The position numbers and the translations under genes are program-made. The notes under the pieces were generated by a model, which was given only the letters and a program-made list of their open reading frames with translations, was not told the origin of the DNA and did not search any database. From assembly GCA_012295275.1 (NCBI GenBank), contig CM022678.1, forward strand, positions 12,896,001 to 12,960,000: a stretch of 64,000 bases of DNA. Direction: 5' to 3'. This stretch comes from Chrysomallon squamiferum. Lineage: Eukaryota; Animalia; Mollusca. Shown here in pieces: positions 1 through 14,200 of the stretch (position 1 is its first letter; every line of letters starts with the position of its first letter).

Positions 1-298
1 TTAATAGATTTATTAAACTATTCATTTATGGATGTTAGGAGAATGGGGAAGTTATTTTATAATTGTGAATAAATATTTTTTTAATAAATATGATTTTCAG
101 TCTCATGTATGCATTTTGTTCTTAAGATTAATAAACTTAATTTTGCTAATTTATCATGATGCAATAATAATAATAATAATAATAATAATAAGTCACACGC
201 ACACGCACACACACATACTCACACACAAATACGTAAAAAATGTAAAAATTAATAATTTCAATAAAAATTCTGCAAACAAACATTAAAACATTACTCAC

Positions 299-396
299 GT
301 TTCTTTAGTTTTCGGAGCTGAAGAAAAGAAATCTTCACCATCATCCTCGTCACTTTCAAACAAACTCTTCACCTTTGCCTTTGGCTTCTCTTGTTT
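299..396 (-). CDS. WASHC2: WASHC2 exon 21 ([33 protein letters not shown])
   Basis: ttttag|..AC|gtgagt; LFa-like motif. Confidence 0.92.
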
Positions 397-1311
397 CTAA
401 AAATAACAAAAAAAAAAAAAAAATCTCTGGGTCACCTCACATAGGACTTAAACAATAACACCAGTGAGAAAGTCACATAGGACTTAAACAATAACACCAG
501 TGAGAAAGTCACATAGGACTTAAACAATAACACCAGTGAGAAAGTCACATAGGACTTAAACAATAACACCAGTGAGAAAGTCACATAGGACTTAAACAAT
601 AACAATACTGAGAAAGTCACATAGGACTTAAACAATAACACTAGTGAGAAAGTCACATAGGACTTAAACAATAACACCAGTGAGAAAGTCACATAGGACT
701 TAAACAATAACACCAGTGAGAAAGTCACATAGGACTTAAACAATAACACCAGTGAGAAAGTCACATAGGACTTAAACAATAACACCAGTGAGAAAGTCAC
801 ATAGGACTTAAACAATAACACCAGTGAGAAAGTCACATAAACTTTATGAAACAGGATTTTAATCTTGACCTGAATTCACAAAATCTTATTAACCTGGTTC
901 ACTTTTAAATTAACTTTTAGTTTATTAACAAACTGATTAAAGTGAAACAATGCATCTTTGTTTATGTTCATAAATAAATAAATAAATAAATAAATAAATA
1001 TAATAATAATAATAATAATAATAATAGTAAATAATAATAATAATAGCAGTGATAATAATAATAACAATAATAATAAATTATAATAATAATAACAGCAATG
1101 ATAATAATAATAATAATAACAAAGTAGAGATATATAATAAACTAACAAAACAGGATGAAGTAAATGTATACACTTTTAAAATAAATAAATGTTTACCTTT
1201 GTTTCAGATTGTTTAGAAGTTTCCTTCTTGGCTCCACTAAACAAGTCATCTTCATCATCTTCAGCAAACAACGATGCTGCTGTAGTAGTTTTAGGCTTTG
1301 GTTTGCTGAAA

Positions 1312-1350
<39 letters not shown>

Positions 1351-4300
1351 ACAAATCAATAAAAAACTAAAAACAAACACATACAAAAATAAACATATTT
1401 AAGTTTAGTTATTTTGTTACAAACTTCAGCAGAAATTTTTTTTTTTTACAAATGAAGGTGTCAACAAAATTCAGCAGACTGACTTAGGCAAGAAAAGATA
1501 CAGTTCAAGTAATAGTGATAACTTGTGTATGATGAATCAGTCACCATTAGAATGAAAATCAACCAATGAGTGCGCTAAAACAGATTATTTTAATTATTAA
1601 TCATCTAAACAGATAAACTCAAATAGCAGCTGAAAAGTACAAATTATATTAGTTAAATAAATATCTGAGTTTTACTATCACTACTTTAAATAACTGTCTG
1701 AATTGTACTATTACTGTATTAGCACTTTAAATAACTGTCTGAATTGTACTATTACTGTATTAGCACTTTAAATAACTGAGTTTTACTATCACTACTTTAA
1801 ATAACTGTCTGAATTGTACTATCACTACTTTAAATAACTGTCTGAATTGTACTATTACTGTATTAGCACTTTAAATAACTGTCTGAATTGTACTATCACT
1901 ACTTTAAATAACTGTCTGAATTGTACTATTACTGTATTAGCACTTTAAATAACTGTCTGAATTGTACTATCACTACTTTAAATAACTGTCTGAATTTTAC
2001 TATTACTGTATTAGCACTTTAAATAACTGAGTTTTACTATCACTACTTTAAATAACTGTCTGAATTGTACTATCACTACTTTAAATAACTGTCTGAATTG
2101 TACTATTACTGTATTAGCACTTTAAATAACTGAGTTTTACTATCACTACTTTAAATAACTGTCTGAATTGTACTATCACTACTTTAAATAACTGTCTGAA
2201 TTGTACTATCACTACTTTAAATAACTGTCTGAATTGTACTATTACTGTATTAGCACATTAAATAACTGTCTGAATTGTACTATCACTACTTTAAATAACT
2301 GTCTGAATTGTACTATCACTACTTTAAATAACTGTTTGAATTTTACTATTACTGTATTAGCACTTTAAATAACTGTCTGAATTTTACTATCACTACTTTA
2401 AATAACTGTCTAAATATTACTATCACTACTTTAAATAACTGTCTAAATTTTACTATTACTGTATTAGCACATTAAATAACTGTCTGAATTTTACTATCAC
2501 TACTTTAAATAACTGTCTGAATTGTACTATTACTTATTTATTTATTTTGTAATGTATTAATACCAGAAGCTCCCACCCAAGAAACAAAGACTGAAAAGTG
2601 TATGAAATAAAATGTTAAATAGTATTAATAACTTATATAATAGATGCAGCTATAGTAATATTAATATTTAATAGTGATAACATTAGCAGTACTCAGTGAA
2701 ATAGATTATACTAGTTGAATTAGTAATAATAACAATAACTAAATAAAATATGCAAATGTATCAAAAATAACAAGAAATAATTAGCTATTAAGTTACAATT
2801 TGTAATAAATAAATAAATAAACAATCATAATAATGAGGTGCCCTCTGTAAACAGGTGGCACCATACATTCTTATAATTCACTCATTGAAATACTTTTAAC
2901 AGTGTTATAGAAATGTCTTTAAAAGTTCAGAAAGAAAAATACACAACATCCTACAATACAAGAAACACATGTAGATGTCTAAATATAACTTAAAAATGCT
3001 GCAACAAGTTTGAGACAAAAACACCAGCTATCTACCCACACTTTCCTTTGACCTTGGTCTTCCAAGCCATCCACTGAAAACTACATCAAACCAGTCCACA
3101 AGAAGACAAACATTTAGAGAAGGCATCAGAAAGTGCAGATGAGCAAACAAACAACAAGAAAAGTTAAAATAAAGAGAATATGAACTAACCCAGGTTCTTC
3201 TTTCTGAGTGTTTGCCATGTTAAAAAGCTGATATAAATAGTTCCTGTATACTGAATGATGAGGGGCCCTGTTTAGGCTGCGTGGTGTCTGATTTCAAGTT
3301 TATCAGTTCTGGTTGAGGCAGGACTTAAACTCTCAGAAGTGTGGAGTATTTCAGCAGCTGGGTTATTTTTAACTAACAGGTAATATTTTCTAATAGAATT
3401 ACTGCTAGTGCGGGCTTAGATAAGGAATTTTCATAATGTACGAATTCTCTGTTTAACAAGTGGATCTGATGATGGGTGTAAAATGGAGGGTGGCTGAAGA
3501 CTGGTGGGGTTTGCTAGTTACAATTGTAAGAGAAAATAACAGTTGAATGAACAAGTAAATAGTGAAATAACAGTTGAATGAACAAGTAAAAAGTGAAATA
3601 ACAGTTGAATGAACAAGTAAAAAGAGAAATAACAGTTGAATGAACAAGTAGAGTTTGTTATTGTGATAAAGTGGTTTCTGTAACATTTAGGGATACAAAA
3701 ATTAGTAGTAGTAGTTTTAGTTTTAGTAGTAGTAGTAGGTGCTGTAATAGAAGTCTAGTACAATTTTACTGCATTTTTAAATGATATTTTGTAGGGTTTT
3801 TCTTTGGATTTTTAAAAAATGTGTTTATTTATTTATCAATTTACAAAATAATAATTAAAAAAATTAAATTAAAATAATGCAAAAATGAATCAAATGATCC
3901 AAAATACATAAATTATAAAATCACAATTTAATTGTAATATATCTTTTTTTTTTTATTTTTTTTTGTACTGTTACTTATGTTAACCCCAGTGAGTTCCTGC
4001 TCACAGTGAGCATTTCCTGAAATCTGTGAAAACTGACACATGATGTTATGTGTAAACAAGTGTAGTTTCATGTTACTTCTAGTATTACAATCACATACCA
4101 CCAGTTGCATTTTTTTTTTTTTTTTGAATTTTATCAGTATAATGAATTTTGTGTGGTTTTAATTTTTTTATTATTATTTTTTTACCAATATACTGAATTG
4201 TAAATCACCATATTGCATTTATAGAAATCAGGCCAGATATAGAAACAAATAAAATAAAATAAAATAAATAAATAAATAAAATTATAAATAAATAATAATA

Positions 4301-5998
4301 AACATAAATAACAAAATATATTTTAAAAATTAAACTACATACAATTAAGTTTATTTCATAGCATTACACAGTTTTATTGAAACAGGTATTTCTTCAGCTT
4401 GGTATGATCATGCTAAAAACAGCTATGGTCTAGAGAAACCAGTAGCTGTGGTACATTGCATGCTGGGATAGCTAACAGAAAAATGTGATTCAATGACAAA
4501 ACTGAAGTATTTAAGACTGGTAGTGGTTTCTGTCAATGCTACGTTACTTTGTAAAACCAGCAGACATATCTTTTTACTGTTAGAATAACTTAAAAAATAC
4601 ACAATTTTGATTATCTAGATATTTCAACAATTATTACAATTGTGATACATTTAAATATATACTCATAGATATACACCTCACTTAAAGATTGTTTCCATTT
4701 TACCATTTTCATTTAAATAGTGAAGTTATAAAACAGTAATTTAATTCTGATCTTGATAACCTATTCAGACAGACATGCAGACATCATACTTTTTAATTAT
4801 TTTTATATTACTAAATTCTGAAAATTAACTATTGTCAAGGTGTTGTTATTACTAGTAGAAAAGTGATGGTAGTAGTTGTTGCAGTACAAATTGGTAATAA
4901 CAGGGCAGTAGTTGTGGTTGTTGTAACAGTAGTAGTCACGGTGGTGGAGATCGTATTTGACAGTAATAAAAATAACAAGTAAATAACAGGTTAGAGTAAT
5001 AGCAAATCTAGTAACAGTAGCAGCTAAAGCAGAAGTAACAGTAGATATAGTAGTAACAGTAGTGACAGTTGTTATTAGTAACAGTAATAGACATTGTACT
5101 AATTATAATAACAGTATATGTAGCATATACAAGCTACTGCTATAGTAGATGTAGTAGTACTGATGGTTGTAGCAGTAATTATATTACTGTAATAACAAAT
5201 TATAGTTATATAGTGTGTGTATTGTGTGCATGTATGTACATGCATGTTGCTATGTGTGTATAATGTGTGTCGCTATGTGTGTTTGTTGTCTGGAGTCTGT
5301 GTATATTGTGTGTTTATTTTGAGTGTCAGTGTCTGTATGCATGTGTTTGAGCATGTTTGTGTGTGTATGTGTCTGTGTGTGTGTATGTTGGTAAATACAT
5401 ATTTATATTTCAAACATCCCTTCTTTTTTCACTGAAAATAAACCCATCTGTAACACAAGATATAAAATAAGTCTGACCCAATGCAAAAAATTTATAAACT
5501 ATGTAACAATCTAAATTGTACTTTCCTTAAAAAATCTTATATATTTGTAAAAAAGATTAAATTACAGATTACTTTAAGGACATTTTTTCTAGACAAATGT
5601 AACTTTCCATAAACACATACAAATGTTTGTAAAAAGTTTTGCTGGTGATTACAGGTGACACTACAGCGACACTCACCTGTCAGTTCTGGGCTTGGTTGTG
5701 AAGAGGCTGTCGTCTACATCGTCAAACAGACTGTTGGCTGACGGAGAGGGGCTGGGAGCAGTTTTCTTGGTTGCCGAGGCGACTGAACTCGACGACTTGC
5801 TTGACTGGATGCTGCCACTGCGAGATTTCTGTTCATCTGTAACTTCCTGTTTTTCTTCCTGAAAGCACAGCAGTGATGATAATAAAAATATTAACAATAA
5901 CAATAACAATAACAATAACAACAACAATAATAATAATAATAATGGCAAAAATAATAACAATAACAATAATAATAACAATAATAATAATAATAATAATG

Positions 5999-6036
<38 letters not shown>

Positions 6037-7494
6037 TATTATTATTATAATAACAGTAATAATAATAAATTTCTAGAGCAGTTTGAAATTCTACCTCTCA
6101 TCAAGTCAAACATTTGTTTTTGTTTACACTTACGTGTCATGTTGTATTTACATAACAAAATGTTTATCCCACCTAAAAAATATCAAACTTTTGTAAACTC
6201 TGTTTTCAGTGAAACTCTGTAGCTAATTCTCTAGTATACCAACACTGTGTAATAAATAATCAAAGCCTAGACTGTCTCCAACTCTTTTGCATAACTAATC
6301 ATTTAACATTCTAACAGTAAGTTACAGCTCTAAATCCCTAGACTGGCTAAAACTGTTTTCTCTGTAACCTGTTCCCTAAATTTTAACACTGTGATGTAAC
6401 ATCGATTCCCTAGACTGTTTTCTGTATATTTAATTATCTAACACACTAACAATGTTACAGGACTGAAACCCCAGACTGGTTCCAAGTCAGTTTTCTGTAT
6501 ATTTAATTCTCTAACATACTAACTCTGTGTTACAGATGTGAAATACTAGACTGGTTCCAAGTCAGTTTTCTCTGTAATTACTTCTCTAACATACTAACAC
6601 TGTGTTACAGATGTGAAATACTAGACTGGTTCCAAGTCAGTTTTCTGTATATTTAATTCTCTAACATACTAACACTGTGTTACAGATGTGAAATACTAGA
6701 CTGGTTCCAAGTCAGTTTTCTCTGTAATTACTTCTCTAACATACTAACACTGTGTTACAGATGTGAAATACTAGACTGGTTCCAAGTCAGTTTTCTCTGT
6801 AATTACTTCTCTAACATACTAACACTGTGTTACAGATGTGAAATACTAGACTGGTTCCAAGTCAGTTTTCTGTATATTTAATTCTCTAACATACTAACAC
6901 TGTGTTACAGATGTGAAATACTAGACTGGTTCCAAGTCAGTTTTCTCTGTAATTACTTCTCTAACATACTAACACTGTGTTACAGATGTGAAATACTAGA
7001 CTGGTTCCATATCAGTTTTCTCTGTAATTACTTCTCTAACATACTAACACTGTTACAGATGTGAAATACTAGACTGGTTCCAAGTGAGTTTTCTCTGTAA
7101 TTACTTCTCTAACATACTAACACTGTTACAGATGTGAAATACTAGACTGGTTCCAAGTCAGTTTTGTTTGTAATTAATTATCTTTGTTCAAATTATTGTT
7201 AAACGTCTTACCTCAGTGTCTGAGGCTGGTTTCTGCTTTTTCAGTGCAGCAGTCAAAGGGTTAACTCCCCCCACAAACATAGACACAGCACCAGCAGGCA
7301 ACTGAGAAAGACAAAACATTTTAAATTCTCATCATAAACATACAGGTTTCAGTAATATTGATATATACTTTTAATAATTACATATATATGAATGTATGTA
7401 TGTAATTATTAAAATTATATATATCAATATTATTTTATATATACAAAAACAGAGTGGATGGAAGATTGAAGGTGGTCAAATAGAGACTGAGTAA

Positions 7495-7540
<46 letters not shown>

Positions 7541-7572
7541 AAAAGGCAAACACAGAGAAAAAACGAAAGACA

Positions 7573-7663
<91 letters not shown>

Positions 7664-10229
7664 AAACATTCTATATAAGTAGAAGAAAACCCTGTTTATT
7701 ATTTTTAAAAGATGATTCAAGACATTCTTCATCACTGACAGTCAGTCACACATCTTAAACAATGTCAGACACATTGTTTTATTATACACAGTATTTAATC
7801 AGGGAACCAAAATATTTTAACTATCTAAATTAAAATGATTTCAGAATAAAGATAAAGTATAAATTTTAAATTAAGAATGTTAAGAATAATTGTTAAATAT
7901 AATTATTCCAGATTAAAGTATAAAAGTATTTCAAATATTTACCTTTTTTTCAGGTTTCTTCTCCTTAGGTTTGGCATCAGCTGCAGGAGCAGGTTGTGTT
8001 TTTTTTGATCCTCCAAACAGATCATCATCGTCATCTTCCTCGTCATCAGCAAACAGATCTTTGCCGGGAGCTTTGGCAACCTTTGTTGTACTGGAAACCT
8101 GACTTGCTGTCCGCTCTGGGTTAAAACATTACAGATTTAAATAAACAAACAAAATGAACATAGTCGAGCTGGAACAAACGTTCATAGCCTTTGTCAAGTT
8201 AAATATCTGTACATAGTGAAGTGATCTGTACATCATATGTTTCAGTCAGGTGTAAAATGAAACCATGTGCTCATACACCACTTGTTTAAAAAAAACTAAA
8301 ATAGCTGTAATTGATTACTGTTAATAGTTTATTTAGGAACTGTAACAACTTAATATTTCAAGGGTTAAAAATTAAATTTTAAAAATTTTATCTGGAATGA
8401 TAAACTGTGCATTTCTGACATTGAAATTGTTAAAACAAAATGATGAAAATCTGAAACAGTTGCTTATAACTGGCATTCAGAAACATTTATCAGTGCTGGA
8501 GATAAGAAAACATTAAATACTAACACAGTACAGAATGCTTTATACTTCAGAGTATTCACTGATAAAGATTAACTACAGATAAAAAGCAGAATAAACAAGA
8601 GCTTCAATATTATTACTGCTACTTCAAAAATGCTACAACACTGTAACTGCAACAACAACATTGTAACTTCAACACTGTAACAACAACTACAACATAGTAA
8701 TTTCAACATTAGAACTACAACTACAGCATAGTAATGTCAGCTACAACACTCTAACTACAACTATATGACTAACTTCAACTCTGTAACTACAACTACAACA
8801 CTGTGATTACAAAGCAAACTATAACTACAACATGGTAACTTCAACACTGTAACTACAACACTGTAATATCAACACAATATCTGCAATCACAACAATATTA
8901 AAGTCACTAACCTTTAGATGGTACTGATGTCTTTGCTGCAACAGCAAACAAATCATCAGCATCTTCATCATCATCGTCATCAAAGAGACCTCCTCCGAGA
9001 TTTGAACCTGATTTCTTTGGCATGCTCTGTGCTTGTTTTCTGTTCTCATTGCTGTCACCTGAACCAGAGAACAGCTCGTCATCTCCTCCTGGTGTTAAAC
9101 AAAGTAATTCCAGGTAAGTAAATTTCAGGTAAGCAAACAAAGTAATTGCAGGTAAGTAAACAAAGTAATTTCAGGTAAGTAAACAAAGTAATTTCAGGTA
9201 AGTAAACAAAGTAATTCCAGGTAAGAAAACAAAGTAATTTCAGGTAAGCAAACAAAGTAATTCCAGGTAAGTAAACAAAGTAATTTCAGGTAAGCAAACA
9301 AAATAAAATTCCAGGTAAGTAAACAAAATAATTTCAGGTAAGCAAACAAAGTAATTTCAGGTAAGAAAACAAAATAATTTCAGGTAAGCAAACAAAGTAA
9401 TTTCAGGTAAGAAAACAAAATAATTTCAGGTAAATAAAAAAATAATTTCAGGTAAATAAACAAAATAATTTCAGGTAAATAAACAAAATAACTTAAGGTT
9501 AAAAAAATAAAAGGAATAAATAAAAGTAACCATCAAATACTGTTTTACTGCTTCTGTTGATAAACCGTATTATTTCTGATCTATTAAGGAAACATTCCAA
9601 ACACACAAACCTGAGAAAATGGAAACTCCTCCTTTTGGAACCTTTTTACCACTTTTAGTCTTTTGTTCCACCTCTGAAAAAAAAAAAATACTGATAAATG
9701 AAGCTACAAGCTATATCTACTAAAAATATATATTTCAAAATTCAGTATACTAAGAGCATTTTCAACATCTTCTCTGAAATATATAATATAAATAAAGAAA
9801 ACAAAGAGAATTCAATGACATCTTTACATAATGCATTAAAAGACTTTTCATGCAAGTTGAAATTTCGAATGGAATATATGAAGAGAACACTAAAAACCTT
9901 TCACTTCTTTTGTATTTTCTTCTTCTTCTTCTTCTTCATTTTCTACTACTGAGGATTTCTTCATCTTTACTTTACTTTCTTCAATGTCATCAAATAATCC
10001 TCCCTGCAAAAAACAATAAAAATTACAACAACAACAACAACAACAGTTATAACAACAATGACAGCAAGAAGCAGAAGAATGTTAACAATACCACCACATA
10101 AATACTAATCATAATCATAACAATAACAGTAATAGTTGTAGTAGTGGTAGTAACAGTAGTAGTAGTAGTAGTAGTAATAGTAGTAGCAGTAGTGGCAGAA
10201 GTAGTAGTAGTAATAGTAGTAGTAGTAGC

Positions 10230-10267
<38 letters not shown>

Positions 10268-11152
10268 AAGTAGTAGTAGATGTAGTAGTAGAAGTAGTGG
10301 TAGTAATACTAAAAACAAAAATAACAATAACAAAGCAGTAATACTCAGATACAGCAAAAAGATTCTCTAAATCAATGTTGAAAACAAACTAAATATTAAT
10401 AATGAAAAACAGACAAGAGAAAGTAACAGACCAAACTGCTCATCTCACTTACATCATTGTCATCGTCAAAGAGACCCTTGTTTGCAGAAAACAAACCTGC
10501 TGATTTACCAAACAGATCATCATCTGCCTCCACACCGACTCCAAACAAATCTTTATCTACCAAAAATGAAAAGCAAGTAAATAAATAAATAAATAAATAA
10601 ATATATCAAAAAATAAACAAACAAACCAGCCAATAAATAAATAAATAAGCAGCCATACACAGAGTTACAACTTTTAAGGAACTAATTATGAAACGCATAT
10701 TTTCCCCACCCACCCCAAAAATGGGGGAAGTATAATATATGGGATTAAAAAAGATTGAGTTATAAATATGAATCCTTACAACTCTTTTATTAATGGGTAT
10801 AGGGTAAATAACTCTAATATGTATTAATAAGAAGGGAGATAACTTTCACCTTCATTATTACTCTTGGTTTTTTGTTTAGTCTTATCATGGTCTCTCTTCT
10901 TCTTGTGTTTTTGATTTTCCTTCTTTACAGTTGATGAAGCTCGAGATTTCCTACCTGTTAAAGAAATAATTGCAATGAGGGTGGCATTGGTATGTTCTGA
11001 CATCACTTTGGTTTACATACTGAGTTCTGCAATGAATTAAGTTCATAACCCAAGGTTCCACTGTAATTTATCAATTATTATTATTATTAATACTATTACT
11101 GACACACACAGACAGAAACAGAATGAGACAGATATTGAAGAAACACCAAAAG

Positions 11153-11220
<68 letters not shown>

Positions 11221-14200
11221 TGAGCTACCACTTGTTGTTACCTTTTGTTTTTTCTTGTTCTTCATTTTCTTCATCTTCAGAAGATGGAGGTTGTTTTGGG
11301 ATGGCTGCTCCTAGTTTAGACGCTAACTCAGATGTGAAGTCTGCAGGTCCTCCATTTACCTGTTTTAACAACCAAGTCACAAATCATGCCACAAAGGAAT
11401 ATATATAAGTATTTGTTTATTCATTAATTTTTAAACATATATATATATAAAATGAATGAAAAAACTAAATTCTGTATTTTAACATTTAGACAATCAATTA
11501 TTTGAGACAACTGATACTAAAAAGAACAATAAAACCAGGGGCAGTTTTAACAGTTTATTATAGTTATAAGCCTGTCACTATCACAACTGCACAATCTCAA
11601 ACAAGTATCATCACCAGTGTATTCAGTGTGTTCAGTGTATTTAGTGTGTTCAGTGTATTCAGTGTGTTCAGTGTGTTCAGTAGTATTCAGGGTATTCAGT
11701 AGTATTCAGTGTGTTCAGTAGTATTCAGTGTGTTCAGTAGTATTCAGTGTGTTCAGTAGTATTCAGGGTATTCAGTGTGTTCAGTAGTATTCAGGGTATT
11801 CAGTGTGTTCAGTGTGTTCAGTAGTATTCAGGGTATTCAGTGTGTTCAGTAGTATTCAGTGTGTTCAGTAGTATTCAGTGTGTTCAGTAGTATTCAGGGT
11901 ATTCAGTGTGTTCAGTGTGTTCAGTGTGTTCAGTAGTATTCAGGGTATTCAGTGTGTTCAGTGTATTCAGTGTGTTCAGTGTATTCAGTAGTATTCAGGG
12001 TATTCAGTGTGTTCAGTAGTATTCAGTGTGTTCAGTAGTATTCAGGGTAATCAGTGTGTTCAGTAGTATTCAGGGTATTCAGTGTGTTCAGTGTATTCAG
12101 TGTGTTCAGTAGTATTCAGGGTATTCAGTGTGTTCAGTGTATTCAGTGTGTTCAGTAGTATTCAGGGTATTCAGTAGTATTCAGGGTATTCAGTAGTATT
12201 CAGGGTATTCAGTGTGTTCAGTAGTATTCAGTGTGTTCAGTGTATTCAGTGTGTTCAGTAGTATTCAGGGTATTCAGTGTGTTCAGTGTATTCAGTAGTA
12301 TTCAGGGTATTCAGTAGTATTCAGTAGTATTCAGGGTATTCAGTGTGTTCAGTAGTATTCAGGGTATTCAGTGTGTTCAGTAGTATTCAGGGTATTCAGT
12401 GTGTTCAGTGTATTCAGTGTGTTCAGTGTGTTCAATAGTATTACTTGTTTTTCTTCTAATATCTCAGACTGCAGTGGATCATTTTCTTACTTATTTTCTA
12501 CATATCCCAGGATGCAACTCATAATTTTCAAACTTAGTTATTTTTATATATCCGAGACTGCAATGTCATACATTATACCCTAGTTATTGTTATATATCCC
12601 AGATTGCAATGTACCATTTTCTTTCCATGGCAACCAATATAATTGTGAAGAGACCATAATTAAACTGCCTGCCCTGCACTGTATATAAAACAACACAATC
12701 TTTTTTCAGAAACTTACCATTTTTTCTGATTCCCCATTTTCATCTTTCTCAGCCTCTGAGTTTATACCTTCTTCTTCAGATTCACTTTCTTCCTTTTTCT
12801 TTTCTTTCTTTCCAAACATTTCTCCTTCACTCTCACTCTCCTCTTCCTCTTCTTCTGACTGATTTGAGTAAATGAAACACAGTATTAAACAAAACACTCA
12901 GAATCTAACCTACACGCAGAAGTGAAGAAACAATTCCTACACTTAGTAAACAACTACATTGCAGGTTTTGTAACATACATAAGAGATTAAATTGTAATAC
13001 ATGCTTTTAAGCTAGTGCTGAAAAAAGTATTACAGCTGTAACCTGCAGATCTGCAAGTTTTTATGGATAAGTGTACATAATGAAAAAAAGAGTAAAATAA
13101 AATAACACAAAACCTAAAATAAGAACGAATATTTCAAATTTTAAAACAAAAAATAGGAAAAGAAAAAATCATCATGAATTTATAATATCTATGTCTTATG
13201 ACTGAAGAACCTGTCTGATTTAATATATTCCAGAATTCAACTAGACATATTTTTTCACACACGCTAAAGAAATTGCAGTGGTTTCAAAACAAAGACAAAC
13301 ATCCGCATAATGCAACATGCTCCTTCAAACAAAATGTATTTCTATATATAAGAATTTTATTATTTTAAAAAAGAACAAAAAACATCAGAAATAAGGAAAC
13401 TATTTTCATCTTGCTAATCTTGTGTGTAATTTGTATCAGACAAAATGCACAGCTGTTTTAACTACATCTGGTGAAATGAATCATATGTGGATAACCCATG
13501 TATATCTTGTTTAGTTTGGTACACACAGACATCACTGTATCTAATACCAAAAGTAAATTACAAAGAACATTATCCTATACAACAACTAAAATAATATTCT
13601 AAAGGTTTTATTCTTAATCATACTAATGAATATATACGTATATATATAGGTATCTGTTATAATTTAGCTCATTATTTTAAAGACTAGTTGTTATAACTAT
13701 TTTATATAGGAAAACTGAAAGTGTTAAATATTTTCATGCAGCCATGCTTTATGTTATTTAAAGAATTATCTGTAGTATTTGACTACAGAATTATCTACAC
13801 GTATTGAAAGTAGATCATGGGTATATGAACCTGGTGAGGCAGAGTTGGCAACTACTAGATTCAAGCAAAAAAATAAAATATGGAAGACATTTTGGCAAAG
13901 CAAGGAAAGATGGTTATTTGTGTAACATTTGCCATTTTAGGCAAAACATCTGTAACTACAAACAAACATACAAGAAAATCTGCTGAATTAGGTCATTACT
14001 ATACTCTACCTATAGAATTTGATTTTTAAAATAAAACATTTTCCTAATGTATCTACAGAATTGTATCATTGCCATTTTATTTAATCTACAGAATTCTAGT
14101 TATATTACAAGACTTTCAAAAGTGCATAATTACTCTGCCATTAAATAATAATAATAAAAATAATAAAGATTTACAAATGAACAAGTATTTTAAATATATT

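Noticed and set aside
437-838. Regular 36-bp repeats suggesting a CRISPR array; 134-aa repeat ORF
   Set aside because: Head-to-tail copies with no unique spacers, no cas genes, eukaryotic intron; the ORF arises only because the unit is 3n and stop-free.
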